20,741 bases of DNA from Steroidobacteraceae bacterium (GCA_035506335.1 DATJPN010000137.1:1-20741); one strand, 5' to 3'; counted from the first letter of the stretch, positions 9,312 to 17,125 are shown. Numbers and translations: made by a program. The notes: generated by a model from the letters alone, not told the origin.

Positions 9312-10251
9312 GAGGCTGCGGTGTGCCGGAGGCGAAGCGGGCGGCATTGTCGAGGACGAATTCGATTCGTTGCTGCTGTTCGCGCGCGCCGCCGCCGGCA
9401 AAGGCGACGTGTGGCGTGACGATGACGTTCGGACGTCCCCACAGCGGATGCCCGGCCGGCAGAGGCTCCGGATCCGTCACATCAAGACCGGCTCCGGCGA
9501 GGTGTCCACTGTCCAGGGCCTCGCACAGCGCCTGCGTGTCGATGACGGCACCGCGGGAGACGTTGACCAGCACCGCTCCGGGCCGCAGGGCGGCGAAGGC
9601 GCGCCGGTCGATGAGTCGCCGTGTCGAGGCGTTCAGCGGCGCGCAGATCGCGACCCCGGCGGCATCCGCGAGCGTCGCGAGGAGCGAAGCAAGTGCGCGC
9701 ACTTCGATCCCCGCTTCGGTACGGGGCCTTCGTGCCAGGGCAATCGGTCGCGCCCCGGCCGCAAGCAGCAGGCGTGCCAGGCACCGGCCGATGGGACCGA
9801 ACCCGACGATGACGATGGTCTGGAAGCGCAAGGTGCGGATCCCCGCGCGTAACTGTGCGGTGTGCGAGGGTGACGGCGGCGTGGCTGCGAACGAGCGGGG
9901 AAGTTCGCGAAACAGCGCGAGCAGCAGCGCGAGGGCGTGCTCGGCCACCAGTTCGCTGCCGAGGGAACCGGTCGTGGACAGGTCGATGCGCGCCGGCAGC
10001 CCGAGCGCCTCGAGATTGTCGTAGCCCGCGTTGAGCACCTGCAGCCACTTCAGGCGCGGCGCGGACCGCAGCGCGGCCATCAGGACCGCGTCCCATGGCA
10101 CGACCGACGTGACCATGCCATCCGCCTCGGGCATCGTGGCCGCGGCTTCGGCTGCGCTGGCCGCCTGCACGATCCTCAGGTCCGGAATCCGCGCCAACGC
10201 CGCGCACAGCGGCCCGTCATCGGCTCCGGTCCACACCAGCAGGGTCTTCAT
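9298..10251 (-). CDS. D-isomer-specific 2-hydroxyacid dehydrogenase family, NAD-binding
   Basis: The catalytic triad context is present: NVSRGAVID (Arg), GLDVTDPEP (Glu) and TPHVAF (His). A Rossmann-type segment IVIVGFGPIGRCLA is also present. The stop overlaps the dehydratase start by 14 nt. I prefer ATG 10251 for the start, but TTG 10260 is possible. Confidence 0.8.
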   Translation of the reverse strand: MKTLLVWTGADDGPLCAALARIPDLRIVQAASAAEAAATMPEADGMVTSVVPWDAVLMAALRSAPRLKWLQVLNAGYDNLEALGLPARIDLSTTGSLGSELVAEHALALLLALFRELPRSFAATPPSPSHTAQLRAGIRTLRFQTIVIVGFGPIGRCLARLLLAAGARPIALARRPRTEAGIEVRALASLLATLADAAGVAICAPLNASTRRLIDRRAFAALRPGAVLVNVSRGAVIDTQALCEALDSGHLAGAGLDVTDPEPLPAGHPLWGRPNVIVTPHVAFAGGGAREQQQRIEFVLDNAARFASGTPQPHAHR

Positions 10252-10260
10252 CGGGCCCAA

Positions 10261-10390
10261 GTCTATGCCCTTGAGGCATACGGCCGCATCTGTCCGGCAC
10301 GCAGACGCACCGCATCAAGCAAGCGGTCCCGGCATCGCGGACCGCCGGCCTTGCCGGGCACCCGCATTCGCGCCAAGCTAGCCACGAGAC
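10261..10390. promoter_or_regulatory. Divergent intergenic region with candidate operator palindromes
   Basis: This 130-bp region lies between the divergently transcribed dehydrogenase operon and the + strand cluster. It holds TATGCC(10264-10269)-N5-GGCATA(10275-10280) immediately upstream of the dehydrogenase start. It also holds CGGTCC-N9-GGACCG and CCGGC-N3-GCCGG further on. Confidence 0.3.
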
Positions 10391-11158
10391 ATGACGCGGA
10401 CCCTGACAATGCGGTGCCTGATGCAAGGTTGCCTGCTCGGGCTTGGCCTGCTGGCGAGCGCGGCATTGCCGGCACAGTCCGACGTGATCGACGGCCCGCT
10501 GCGGCGTCCCGCGGTCTCCTCGAGCGATGCGCGCGACCTTTCGGGCGTGTGGTTCATCCGGCTCTACAATCCGCAGATCAACTCCACGCTCGGCCGGCTG
10601 CCGCCGTTCACCGGACACGGCAAGGCCGAATGGGACGCGCGCGTCAAGGCCGAGAAGGACGGCTCGCCCATCGCGGATGCGTCTTCCTATTGCCGGCCCC
10701 ACGGGGTTCCCAGGGTCATGAATTCTCCCTATCCCATCCAGATCATCCAGACGCCGGGGGAGACCACGATCGTGCACGAGGTGGCCCATAACATCCGCCA
10801 CATCTACATGGACCAGCCTCATCCGCGGGACCTGACGCCCACCTACATGGGTGACTCGGCGGGACATTGGGAGGGCGATACGCTGGTCATCGACACCATC
10901 GGTTTCAATGACCGCACCTGGATCGACGAAATCGGCGTCATCCACGGCCGGCAGCTGCACGTGATCGAGCGGCTCCGCAAGATCGAGGACGGTCACGCCC
11001 TCGAGAACCTCATCAGGATCGAGGATCCCGAGTTCTTCACCGAGCCCTGGTACGCCCGGATCACCTATGCCTGGCGGCCGGACCTGCGACTCGCCGAGTA
11101 CATCTGCGAGGAGAACAACCGCAACATGCCGGTTGCCGGCCACACGGTGGCCCGGTGA
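10391..11158 (+). CDS. Secreted protein of uncharacterised family (paralog 1)
   Basis: The signal peptide is MTRTLTMRCLMQGCLLGLGLLASAALPAQS. Conserved motifs are CRPHGVPR, YPIQIIQ, HEVAHNIRHIYMD, WEGDTLVIDTIGFND, DPEFFTEPW and EYICEEN. It is a clear paralog of the next gene. Confidence 0.7.
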   Translation: MTRTLTMRCLMQGCLLGLGLLASAALPAQSDVIDGPLRRPAVSSSDARDLSGVWFIRLYNPQINSTLGRLPPFTGHGKAEWDARVKAEKDGSPIADASSYCRPHGVPRVMNSPYPIQIIQTPGETTIVHEVAHNIRHIYMDQPHPRDLTPTYMGDSAGHWEGDTLVIDTIGFNDRTWIDEIGVIHGRQLHVIERLRKIEDGHALENLIRIEDPEFFTEPWYARITYAWRPDLRLAEYICEENNRNMPVAGHTVAR

Positions 11159-11889
11159 TGCGCAGGGCCTGGCTGTCGCTGGCGCTGTGCATCGGCGTCG
11201 CGGGGCCGGGTGTGTCGCCGGTGAGCCGCGCCGACGGAATCTATGTCCCGCCTGATGCGCGGAACTTCGAAGGCGTCTGGCTGCTGCAGGGGGATCACTC
11301 CACGGTCCGGACGGACGACGGCAGGCTGCCCCCGATGACCCGCGAGGCTCGTGCCCGCTATGCCGCTGCCGTGCGTGCCCGGCGGGCCGGGAAGCCCGAT
11401 TTCGACACCATCCAGACCTGCCGGCCCCATGGGCTGCCGCGCATTCTCTTCGCCGCCTATCCCATCGAGATCCTGCAGGAACCCCGCCAGGTGACCTTCA
11501 TCCACGAGGTGCAGCACATGCCCCGGATGGTGTACCTCGGCGAGGCGCTGCCCCCGCTGCAGGACATTGATCCGAACTGGATGGGCCTGTCTGTCGGCCG
11601 CTGGGACGGCGACACGCTCATCGTCGACAGCGAGGGCTTCAATGACCTGACCACGCTCGATGCGGCGGGCTTGCCGCACTCGACGCAGCTGCGTGTTGCC
11701 GAGCGGATCCGCAAGCTCGACCCGGATACCCTCGAGGATGTCATTACGATCGTTGATCCGCAGACCTATTTGCAACCGTGGAGCACGCGCGTCACCTTGC
11801 GGCGCCAGCCGGGAGCGAGGTTGAAGGAATACGCCTGCACCGAGTCCAATCCGGAGGCGATGGTGGCGCCCGAATCCCCAAAGGGATAG
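11158..11889 (+). CDS. Secreted protein of uncharacterised family (paralog 2, tandem duplicate)
   Basis: The signal peptide is MRRAWLSLALCIGVAGPGVSPVSRA. The shared motifs are CRPHGLPR, YPIEILQ, HEVQHMPRMVYL, WDGDTLIVDSEGFND, DPQTYLQPW and EYACTES. The start overlaps the paralog-1 stop as GTGATGA. Confidence 0.7.
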   Translation: MRRAWLSLALCIGVAGPGVSPVSRADGIYVPPDARNFEGVWLLQGDHSTVRTDDGRLPPMTREARARYAAAVRARRAGKPDFDTIQTCRPHGLPRILFAAYPIEILQEPRQVTFIHEVQHMPRMVYLGEALPPLQDIDPNWMGLSVGRWDGDTLIVDSEGFNDLTTLDAAGLPHSTQLRVAERIRKLDPDTLEDVITIVDPQTYLQPWSTRVTLRRQPGARLKEYACTESNPEAMVAPESPKG

Positions 11890-11925
11890 CCTCGCGGCAG
11901 ACAAGAGATAGAGAAGGGGGACTCC

Positions 11926-12879
11926 ATGAAACCGGCAGCCATCGGATCTTTCGCGGCCCTTGCCCTGTGCCTCGCGACAGGGGCCGGCGCCGCGGCGCCC
12001 GCCTGCGACCGCGCCTGTCTCGCGGCTGTGATGAACAGCTACCTGCAGGCGCTCGTGCATCACGATCCCGGGAGCCTGCCCGCCCGGCGCAACATCAAGT
12101 ACACGGAAAACGGCGTGCGACTGAACCTCGGCGATGGTCTGTGGCAGACGGCCGCGGCCCTGCCGACCTACCGGCTGGACGTGATCGACGATGAGGCCGG
12201 CCAGGTCGGATTGCTCGGCCGCATCAGCGAAAACGGCAACAACAACTGGTTCGCGGTGCGCCTGAAGGTCGAGCAGGACCACAAGATCTCCGAGATCGAG
12301 GCCCTGATCAATCGCAGCATCAGCGCCGGACCCGGGGCCGGTCCGCCCGGGGGCGCGAAGGCGAACACCGAGCCCCATGCGCTGATGTCGCAGCTCATCC
12401 CGGCCGACCGGCGGCTGCCGCGTGCGGAACTCGCGCGCATCGGCAACAGCTACTTCACCGGCATGGCGGATGAGGACAGTTCGGCGAACGTGCCGTTCTC
12501 GCCCCTGTGTCAACGGCGCGAGAACGGCACCGTGACCGCCAACAATCCCGACTCGCCGAAGGGCTCGATGCAGTGGCTGGACTGCAAGTCGCAGTTCGAC
12601 ACCGGCTTCTCGGTCATCGTCACGAACATCCGCGAGCGGCGCTTCGCGATCGTGGACCGGACCCGCGGCCTCGCCTTCGGCTGGGGATACTTCGACCATG
12701 ATGGCACGCACGCGAAGTTCTCGCGCACCCTGGATCATCAGCAGGCGGACGTGAGCCCGACGTTCCGCCAGCCGATCACGTTCTATATCGCCGAGGTGTT
12801 CAAGGTGATGGACGGCCAGATCCGGCAGATCGAAGCCGTGCTGACCACCGTGCCGTTCCGGATGGAATCCGGCTGGTAG
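11926..12879 (+). CDS. Secreted NTF2-like (SnoaL/ketosteroid-isomerase-like fold) protein of unknown function
   Basis: The signal peptide is MKPAAIGSFAALALCLATGAGAAAP. The segment ACDRACLAAVMNSYLQALVHHDP...NWFAVRLKV has an NTF2-like pattern. The SD is GAAGGGGGA. Confidence 0.6.
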   Translation: MKPAAIGSFAALALCLATGAGAAAPACDRACLAAVMNSYLQALVHHDPGSLPARRNIKYTENGVRLNLGDGLWQTAAALPTYRLDVIDDEAGQVGLLGRISENGNNNWFAVRLKVEQDHKISEIEALINRSISAGPGAGPPGGAKANTEPHALMSQLIPADRRLPRAELARIGNSYFTGMADEDSSANVPFSPLCQRRENGTVTANNPDSPKGSMQWLDCKSQFDTGFSVIVTNIRERRFAIVDRTRGLAFGWGYFDHDGTHAKFSRTLDHQQADVSPTFRQPITFYIAEVFKVMDGQIRQIEAVLTTVPFRMESGW

Positions 12880-12886
12880 GTGCGAC

Positions 12887-13522
12887 ATGGGACTGAAGGT
12901 GATCGGCTCGGGTCTCGGACGCACCGGGACCCTGTCGCTCAAACTGGCGCTGGAGCAGCTCGGGTTCGGGCCCTGCCACCACATGGCCGAGGTCATCCAG
13001 CATCCCGAGAGCGTGCCGAAGTGGATCGATGCGTTCGAAGGCCGTCCGGACTGGCCGGCCATCTTCGCGAATTACCATAGTGTCATCGACCACCCGGGTT
13101 GTGGGTTCTATCGCGAGCTTGCCGCCTATTACCCCGAGGCCAAGGTTCTGCACTCGGTGCGGGATCCGGACGCCTGGTTCGAGTCCACCCAGGCGAGCAT
13201 CTTCGCGCCCGATTCGGTGACCTTCGATCCGGATCCGCCCTTCGGGCCCTTCTTTGCGCATGCTACGCGTCCCTTCATGGGCGGCATTCACGACCGCGGC
13301 TTCATGATCGACTACTTCAAGCGCCACAATGCCGAGGTCATCCGCAGCATTCCGCCGCAGCGCCTGCTGGTCTATGAAGTGACCCAGGGCTGGGGCCCGT
13401 TGTGCGAATTCCTGGGCGTTCCGGTACCCGGGGTGCCGTTCCCGCGGGCCAACACGCGGGAGGAATTCGCCGCCCGTACGGCGGCGCGCAACGCGGCGCG
13501 GCGCCCCACACAGAAATCCTGA
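12887..13522 (+). CDS. P-loop sulfotransferase family protein (Sulfotransfer_4-like)
   Basis: The N-terminal PAPS 5'-phosphosulfate-binding-type loop is GSGLGRTGTLSLKLALEQLGF. A downstream RDP motif (HSVRDPDAWFES) matches the 3'-phosphate binding region of this family. The protein is ~211 aa with no signal peptide. Confidence 0.65.
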   Translation: MGLKVIGSGLGRTGTLSLKLALEQLGFGPCHHMAEVIQHPESVPKWIDAFEGRPDWPAIFANYHSVIDHPGCGFYRELAAYYPEAKVLHSVRDPDAWFESTQASIFAPDSVTFDPDPPFGPFFAHATRPFMGGIHDRGFMIDYFKRHNAEVIRSIPPQRLLVYEVTQGWGPLCEFLGVPVPGVPFPRANTREEFAARTAARNAARRPTQKS

Positions 13523-13532
13523 GGCAAGTCCC

Positions 13533-15551
13533 ATGACGATTCCGGGCTCGGTCTACCTCTATGTGGCTGCCGCGGTGGTGGTCCTTGCCATCGTGGTGTT
13601 CTACCGGGCCTTCCTGAAGCTGTTCGGCGTCGTCATCGTGCCGGATGACAGTCTCGGTGTGGTCACGAAGAAGTTCGTGATCTTCGGTCGCAACCGGACC
13701 CTGCCGGCCGGGAAGATCATTGCCTTGAACGGCGAGGCCGGATACCAGGCCGATACACTGGCGCCGGGCCTGCATCTGGGGCTGTGGCCCTGGCAGTACA
13801 CCGTCGACATCGTGCAGTTCTTCGTGGTGCCGCAGGGCAAGATCGGCATCGTGCAGGCCTGCGACGGTGCACCCTTGAGCGGCGGCCGCGTGGTGGCCAG
13901 GCAGGTCGCCTGCGATACCTACCAGGATGCCCGGGCCTTCCTCATGTCCGGTGGCGAGCGCGGCCCGCAGATCGGAATCATTCCGCCGGGAAGCTGGCGC
14001 ATCAACACGCTGCTGTTCAATACCGAGCTGATGGATGCGATCATCATCCAGCCCGGAAAGCTCGGCGTGGTGTCGGCGCGCGATGGCGCGGCCCTGCCCG
14101 CGGGCCGGATCCTCGGCAAGAAAGTCGAATGCAATTCCTACCAGGACGGACAGGCGTTCATCAACGGTGGCGGCGAGCGCGGACTGCAGGGCGCCGTCAT
14201 CACGACCGGCACCTATTTCATCAATCCGTCGATCTTCCAGGTCACGGTCGCCGAAGTCGCGGATGTGCCGGACAACATGGTCGGCATCGTCACCGCCCGG
14301 GAGGGCCGGCCGCTCAATGCCGGCGAGATCGCGGGTCCCGTGGTGGCGGGCCACAATTCGTTCCAGGACCCGCAGGCGTTCCTGGATGCCGGCGGCAACA
14401 AGGGGCTTCAGGAGCAGGTGCTGCTGGCCGGCCGGTATTTCATCAATCCGATGTTCGCGACCGTGCAGACGGTGCCGATGACGGAGGTACCGATCGCGAA
14501 TGTCGGGGTCGTGATCGCCTATGTGGGCAAGGAAGGCCACGACGTGACGGGCGATTCGTTCAAGCACGGCAACCTGGTGAGCAAGGGGGAAAAGGGGGTC
14601 TGGAACGATCCTCTGGACCCGGGCAAGTACCCGATCAATCCCTACACGCACAAGGTATCGGTGGTGCCCACGGCCAATGTCGTGCTGAACTGGGCCACGG
14701 GCAAGAGCGAGGCCCACCAGCTCGACAAGAACCTCTCGACGATCACGGTCCGTTCGGCCGACGGCTTCACCTTCAATCTGGATGTTTCGCAGATCATCCA
14801 CATACCGAGGAACGACGCACCGAAGGTGATCGCCCGCTTCGGCGGCATGACGGAGCTGGTGACGCAGGTCCTCGAGCCGACCATCGGCAACTACTTCCGG
14901 AATGCGGCGCAGAACTCGGATGTGATCGACTTCCTGAAGAAGCGCACGGCGCGCCAGGACGAAGCCCGGGCGGCGATTTCGGCGGCGCTCACGGAATACA
15001 ACGTGGGCGCGGTGGATACCCTGATCGGCGACATCGTGCCTCCGGAACAGCTGATGAAGACGCTCACCGACCGCAAGATCGCCGAGCAGGAGCAGGTCAC
15101 CTACGAGACCCAGCGTCAGGCCCAGGTGATCCGGCAGGGCTTCGAGCAGGCAACGGCCATGGCCGCGACCCAGGCCCAGGTGGTCAATGCCGAGCGTACG
15201 GTATCGATCGCGGAATTCAACGCCAAGGCGGTCGTGAAGGCCGCCGAGGGCGAAGCGCAATCCAAGACCATCAATGCCACGGCCGATGCCACGGTGCTGC
15301 GTACGGTCGGCGAGGCCACGGCCGCGAAGACGCTGGCCGTAGGCACGGCCGACGCGGAAGTCATCAAGCTCAAGGTGGCCTCGATGGATCAGGGGAATTA
15401 CGCCGCCGTGCAGATCGCGCAGGCCCTCGCGTCCTCCGGAAACAAGCTCGTTCCGGACATCGTGGCCGGTGGGGCGGACAGCAGCGGGGGGATCGTCAGT
15501 GTGCTGATCGCCCGCATGCTCGGTGAGTCCCTGGCGCAAAAAGCGAAGTGA
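13533..15551 (+). CDS. Flotillin/YqiK-like SPFH (band 7) membrane protein with internally repeated N-terminal segment
   Basis: The N-terminal TM helix is VYLYVAAAVVVLAIVVFY. The SPFH core is ANVVLNWATGKSEAHQLDKNLSTITVRSADGFTFNLDVSQIIHIPRND...ELVTQVLEPTIGNYFRNAAQNSDVIDFL. The Ala/Glu-rich flotillin C-terminal domain is AEVIKLKVASMDQGNYAAVQIAQALASSG (compare FloT AEVIRLKGLAEAEA...AAFEQYGQAAI). Confidence 0.8.
   Translation: MTIPGSVYLYVAAAVVVLAIVVFYRAFLKLFGVVIVPDDSLGVVTKKFVIFGRNRTLPAGKIIALNGEAGYQADTLAPGLHLGLWPWQYTVDIVQFFVVPQGKIGIVQACDGAPLSGGRVVARQVACDTYQDARAFLMSGGERGPQIGIIPPGSWRINTLLFNTELMDAIIIQPGKLGVVSARDGAALPAGRILGKKVECNSYQDGQAFINGGGERGLQGAVITTGTYFINPSIFQVTVAEVADVPDNMVGIVTAREGRPLNAGEIAGPVVAGHNSFQDPQAFLDAGGNKGLQEQVLLAGRYFINPMFATVQTVPMTEVPIANVGVVIAYVGKEGHDVTGDSFKHGNLVSKGEKGVWNDPLDPGKYPINPYTHKVSVVPTANVVLNWATGKSEAHQLDKNLSTITVRSADGFTFNLDVSQIIHIPRNDAPKVIARFGGMTELVTQVLEPTIGNYFRNAAQNSDVIDFLKKRTARQDEARAAISAALTEYNVGAVDTLIGDIVPPEQLMKTLTDRKIAEQEQVTYETQRQAQVIRQGFEQATAMAATQAQVVNAERTVSIAEFNAKAVVKAAEGEAQSKTINATADATVLRTVGEATAAKTLAVGTADAEVIKLKVASMDQGNYAAVQIAQALASSGNKLVPDIVAGGADSSGGIVSVLIARMLGESLAQKAK
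13827..14681 (+). repeat. Four in-frame tandem repeats (~222 nt / ~74 aa each) inside the flotillin-like gene
   Basis: The protein segments at aa 99-171, 172-245, 246-319 and 320-383 share the pattern [IV]G[IV]V.A.DG..L..G.I....V.C..YQD..AF...GG.RG.Q..I...G.Y.INP.F. Each segment resembles the first beta-hairpin of the SPFH domain (VPQG.G.V...G...LAPGLH). Partial nucleotide identity remains between repeats, for example ctaccaggatgcccgggccttc versus ctaccaggacggacaggcgttc, and ggcgagcgcgg appears in both. Confidence 0.55.
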
Positions 15552-16738
15552 AGGCCCCCGGGCTGGATATCCTGTTCACACCGTTCAGGGTCGGCACCCT
15601 GAACCTGCGAAATCGCTTCGTGATGCCGGGCATGCAGCGCGGGTTCATCAGCGACGGCGCGCCGACGCCGAAGATGGTGGAGTACCTGCGCCGGTGCGCG
15701 GCGGGCGGGGTCGGGCTCATCATCAGCGAGTCGACATCCCCCGATCACCCTTCGGCGTACTGGCAGCCCATCATGGGGCGGCTCGAAGCCGGGACGCTTG
15801 CCGCATGGCGCCCGGTCGTCGAGGCCGTGCACGGGCAGGGCGCGGGATTCCTGCTGCAGCTGTGGCATCCGGGTGCCATGCGCAAGGTCGCCGCCGGCCA
15901 TCCTCTGGCGAGCCATCCGGCGTGGAGCCCCTCCGGAGTGATCCAGGCCGGACGGCCACATGGTCAGGCGATGACACGGCAGGATCTTCAGGACCTGAAG
16001 CACGCGTACGTGCGGGCCGCGGAGCAGGCCGGGCTGCTCGGCGCCGATGGCGTGGAGGTGCACGCGGCGCATGGCTATCTCCTGGACCAGTTCCTGTGGG
16101 CGCAGACGAACCAGCGCGACGACGAGTACGGCGGTGGGTCCCTGGCCGAGCGCGCCCGGTATCCGGCCGAGATCGTCGCTGCGATCCGGGCGGCCGTCGG
16201 ACCGCAGTTCGTGATTTCCTTCCGGTTCTCGCAGTTCAAGGAAGTCGACTACGGGGCGGCCGTGGCCGACAGTCCCGAGGATCTGCGCAGCATGCTGGAG
16301 CTGCTGCGGGCGGCCGGTGTGGATCTGTTCAATGTCTCCTCGCGGCGCTTCCACAAGGCGGAGTGGCCGGACAGTGTCCACCCGCAGTTCACGATCGCCG
16401 AGTGGGTCAAGTCCATGACGGACGCGGCCGTCATGACCTGCGGCAGCGTGGGACTGAACGTGGAGATGTTCGCCAACCTGTTCGATGACGAGGAGCCCTC
16501 GGAACTGACCCTCGAGCGGGATCTGCGCTTCCTGGCCGATCGGGTCCGTCGCGGGAGCCTCGACCTGGTCGGCGTCGGCCGCATGCACATCGCCAACAAC
16601 GACTTCGTGAACAAGGTGCGCGAGGGCCGCTATGGGGAACTGGAGCTGTTCAACAAGGCGACTCACCTCATGGAGGCCATGGCCGCGGTCGAGCCCGGAT
16701 TCGTGGAAGAATCACGCAAGAACGATGCGGTCGATTAG
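15548..16738 (+). CDS. NADH:flavin oxidoreductase / Old Yellow Enzyme family (ene-reductase)
   Basis: The N-terminus FTPFRVGTLNLRNRFVMPGMQ matches the OYE N-terminus. The OYE active-site signature HAAHGYLLDQFL and the segment RARYPAEIVAAIRAAVG are present. The GTG start overlaps the flotillin stop (GTGA). Confidence 0.85.
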   Translation: MKAPGLDILFTPFRVGTLNLRNRFVMPGMQRGFISDGAPTPKMVEYLRRCAAGGVGLIISESTSPDHPSAYWQPIMGRLEAGTLAAWRPVVEAVHGQGAGFLLQLWHPGAMRKVAAGHPLASHPAWSPSGVIQAGRPHGQAMTRQDLQDLKHAYVRAAEQAGLLGADGVEVHAAHGYLLDQFLWAQTNQRDDEYGGGSLAERARYPAEIVAAIRAAVGPQFVISFRFSQFKEVDYGAAVADSPEDLRSMLELLRAAGVDLFNVSSRRFHKAEWPDSVHPQFTIAEWVKSMTDAAVMTCGSVGLNVEMFANLFDDEEPSELTLERDLRFLADRVRRGSLDLVGVGRMHIANNDFVNKVREGRYGELELFNKATHLMEAMAAVEPGFVEESRKNDAVD

Positions 16739-16771
16739 AAGCGTTCCAATGCCTGGCTGGAGGACGGATCA

Positions 16772-17125
16772 GTGATCAAGGTTGTCGTGGCTGTGATAAT
16801 CGCAGGGATCGTCGGCCTCGCCGGATTCACCTGGCTCACGCTGCACTGGTCCTATTCCGAAGGCGAACGGGCCGGCTACGTGCAGAAGCTCTCGAAGAAG
16901 GGGTGGGTGTGCAAGACCTGGGAAGGCGAAATGGCGATGGTCACGATGCCGGGAACGGTGTCCGAGAAGTTCTATTTCACCGTACCGGACGAGGCCTTGG
17001 CGGCCCAGCTGAACGCCAGCGTCGGCAAGCGCATGGCGTTGCACTACGAGCAGCATCGATGGATCCCGAATTCGTGCTTCGGCGAGACCGAGTACTTCGT
17101 GACCGGGATGCGCGTCACGGAGTGA
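16772..17125 (+). CDS. Small membrane-anchored protein of unknown function
   Basis: The N-terminal TM helix is [22 protein letters not shown], followed by a ~90-aa soluble domain. The GTG start has a strong GGAGGA SD 7 nt upstream. It is co-directional with neighbours, with 34-nt and 80-nt gaps. Confidence 0.55.
   Translation: MIKVVVAVIIAGIVGLAGFTWLTLHWSYSEGERAGYVQKLSKKGWVCKTWEGEMAMVTMPGTVSEKFYFTVPDEALAAQLNASVGKRMALHYEQHRWIPNSCFGETEYFVTGMRVTE

Noticed and set aside
9312-9401. Longer N-terminus for the enolase-superfamily dehydratase (start 9401)
   Set aside because: The extra 30 residues are Ser/Asn/Pro-rich low complexity, read from the dehydrogenase gene's 3' end. DgoD-like proteins begin at the MRIADLKIF-type strand.
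10391-11889. Assigning the paralog family to a named DUF (e.g. DUF1329/LolA-like)
   Set aside because: I cannot verify this without an HMM search, and motif recall is insufficient. I left the family unnamed.
11065-13062. 665-aa minus-strand ORF across paralog 2, the NTF2-like gene and the sulfotransferase
   Set aside because: It is antisense to three plus-strand genes that each have signal peptides or motifs and RBSs. The translation has no domain features.
13338-15539. 733-aa minus-strand ORF opposite the flotillin-like gene
   Set aside because: It is an antisense artefact. The plus-strand protein has a TM helix, SPFH and flotillin C-terminal similarity.
15398-16666. 422-aa minus-strand ORF opposite the OYE gene
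   Set aside because: It is an antisense artefact. The OYE frame carries the HAAHGYLLDQFL signature.
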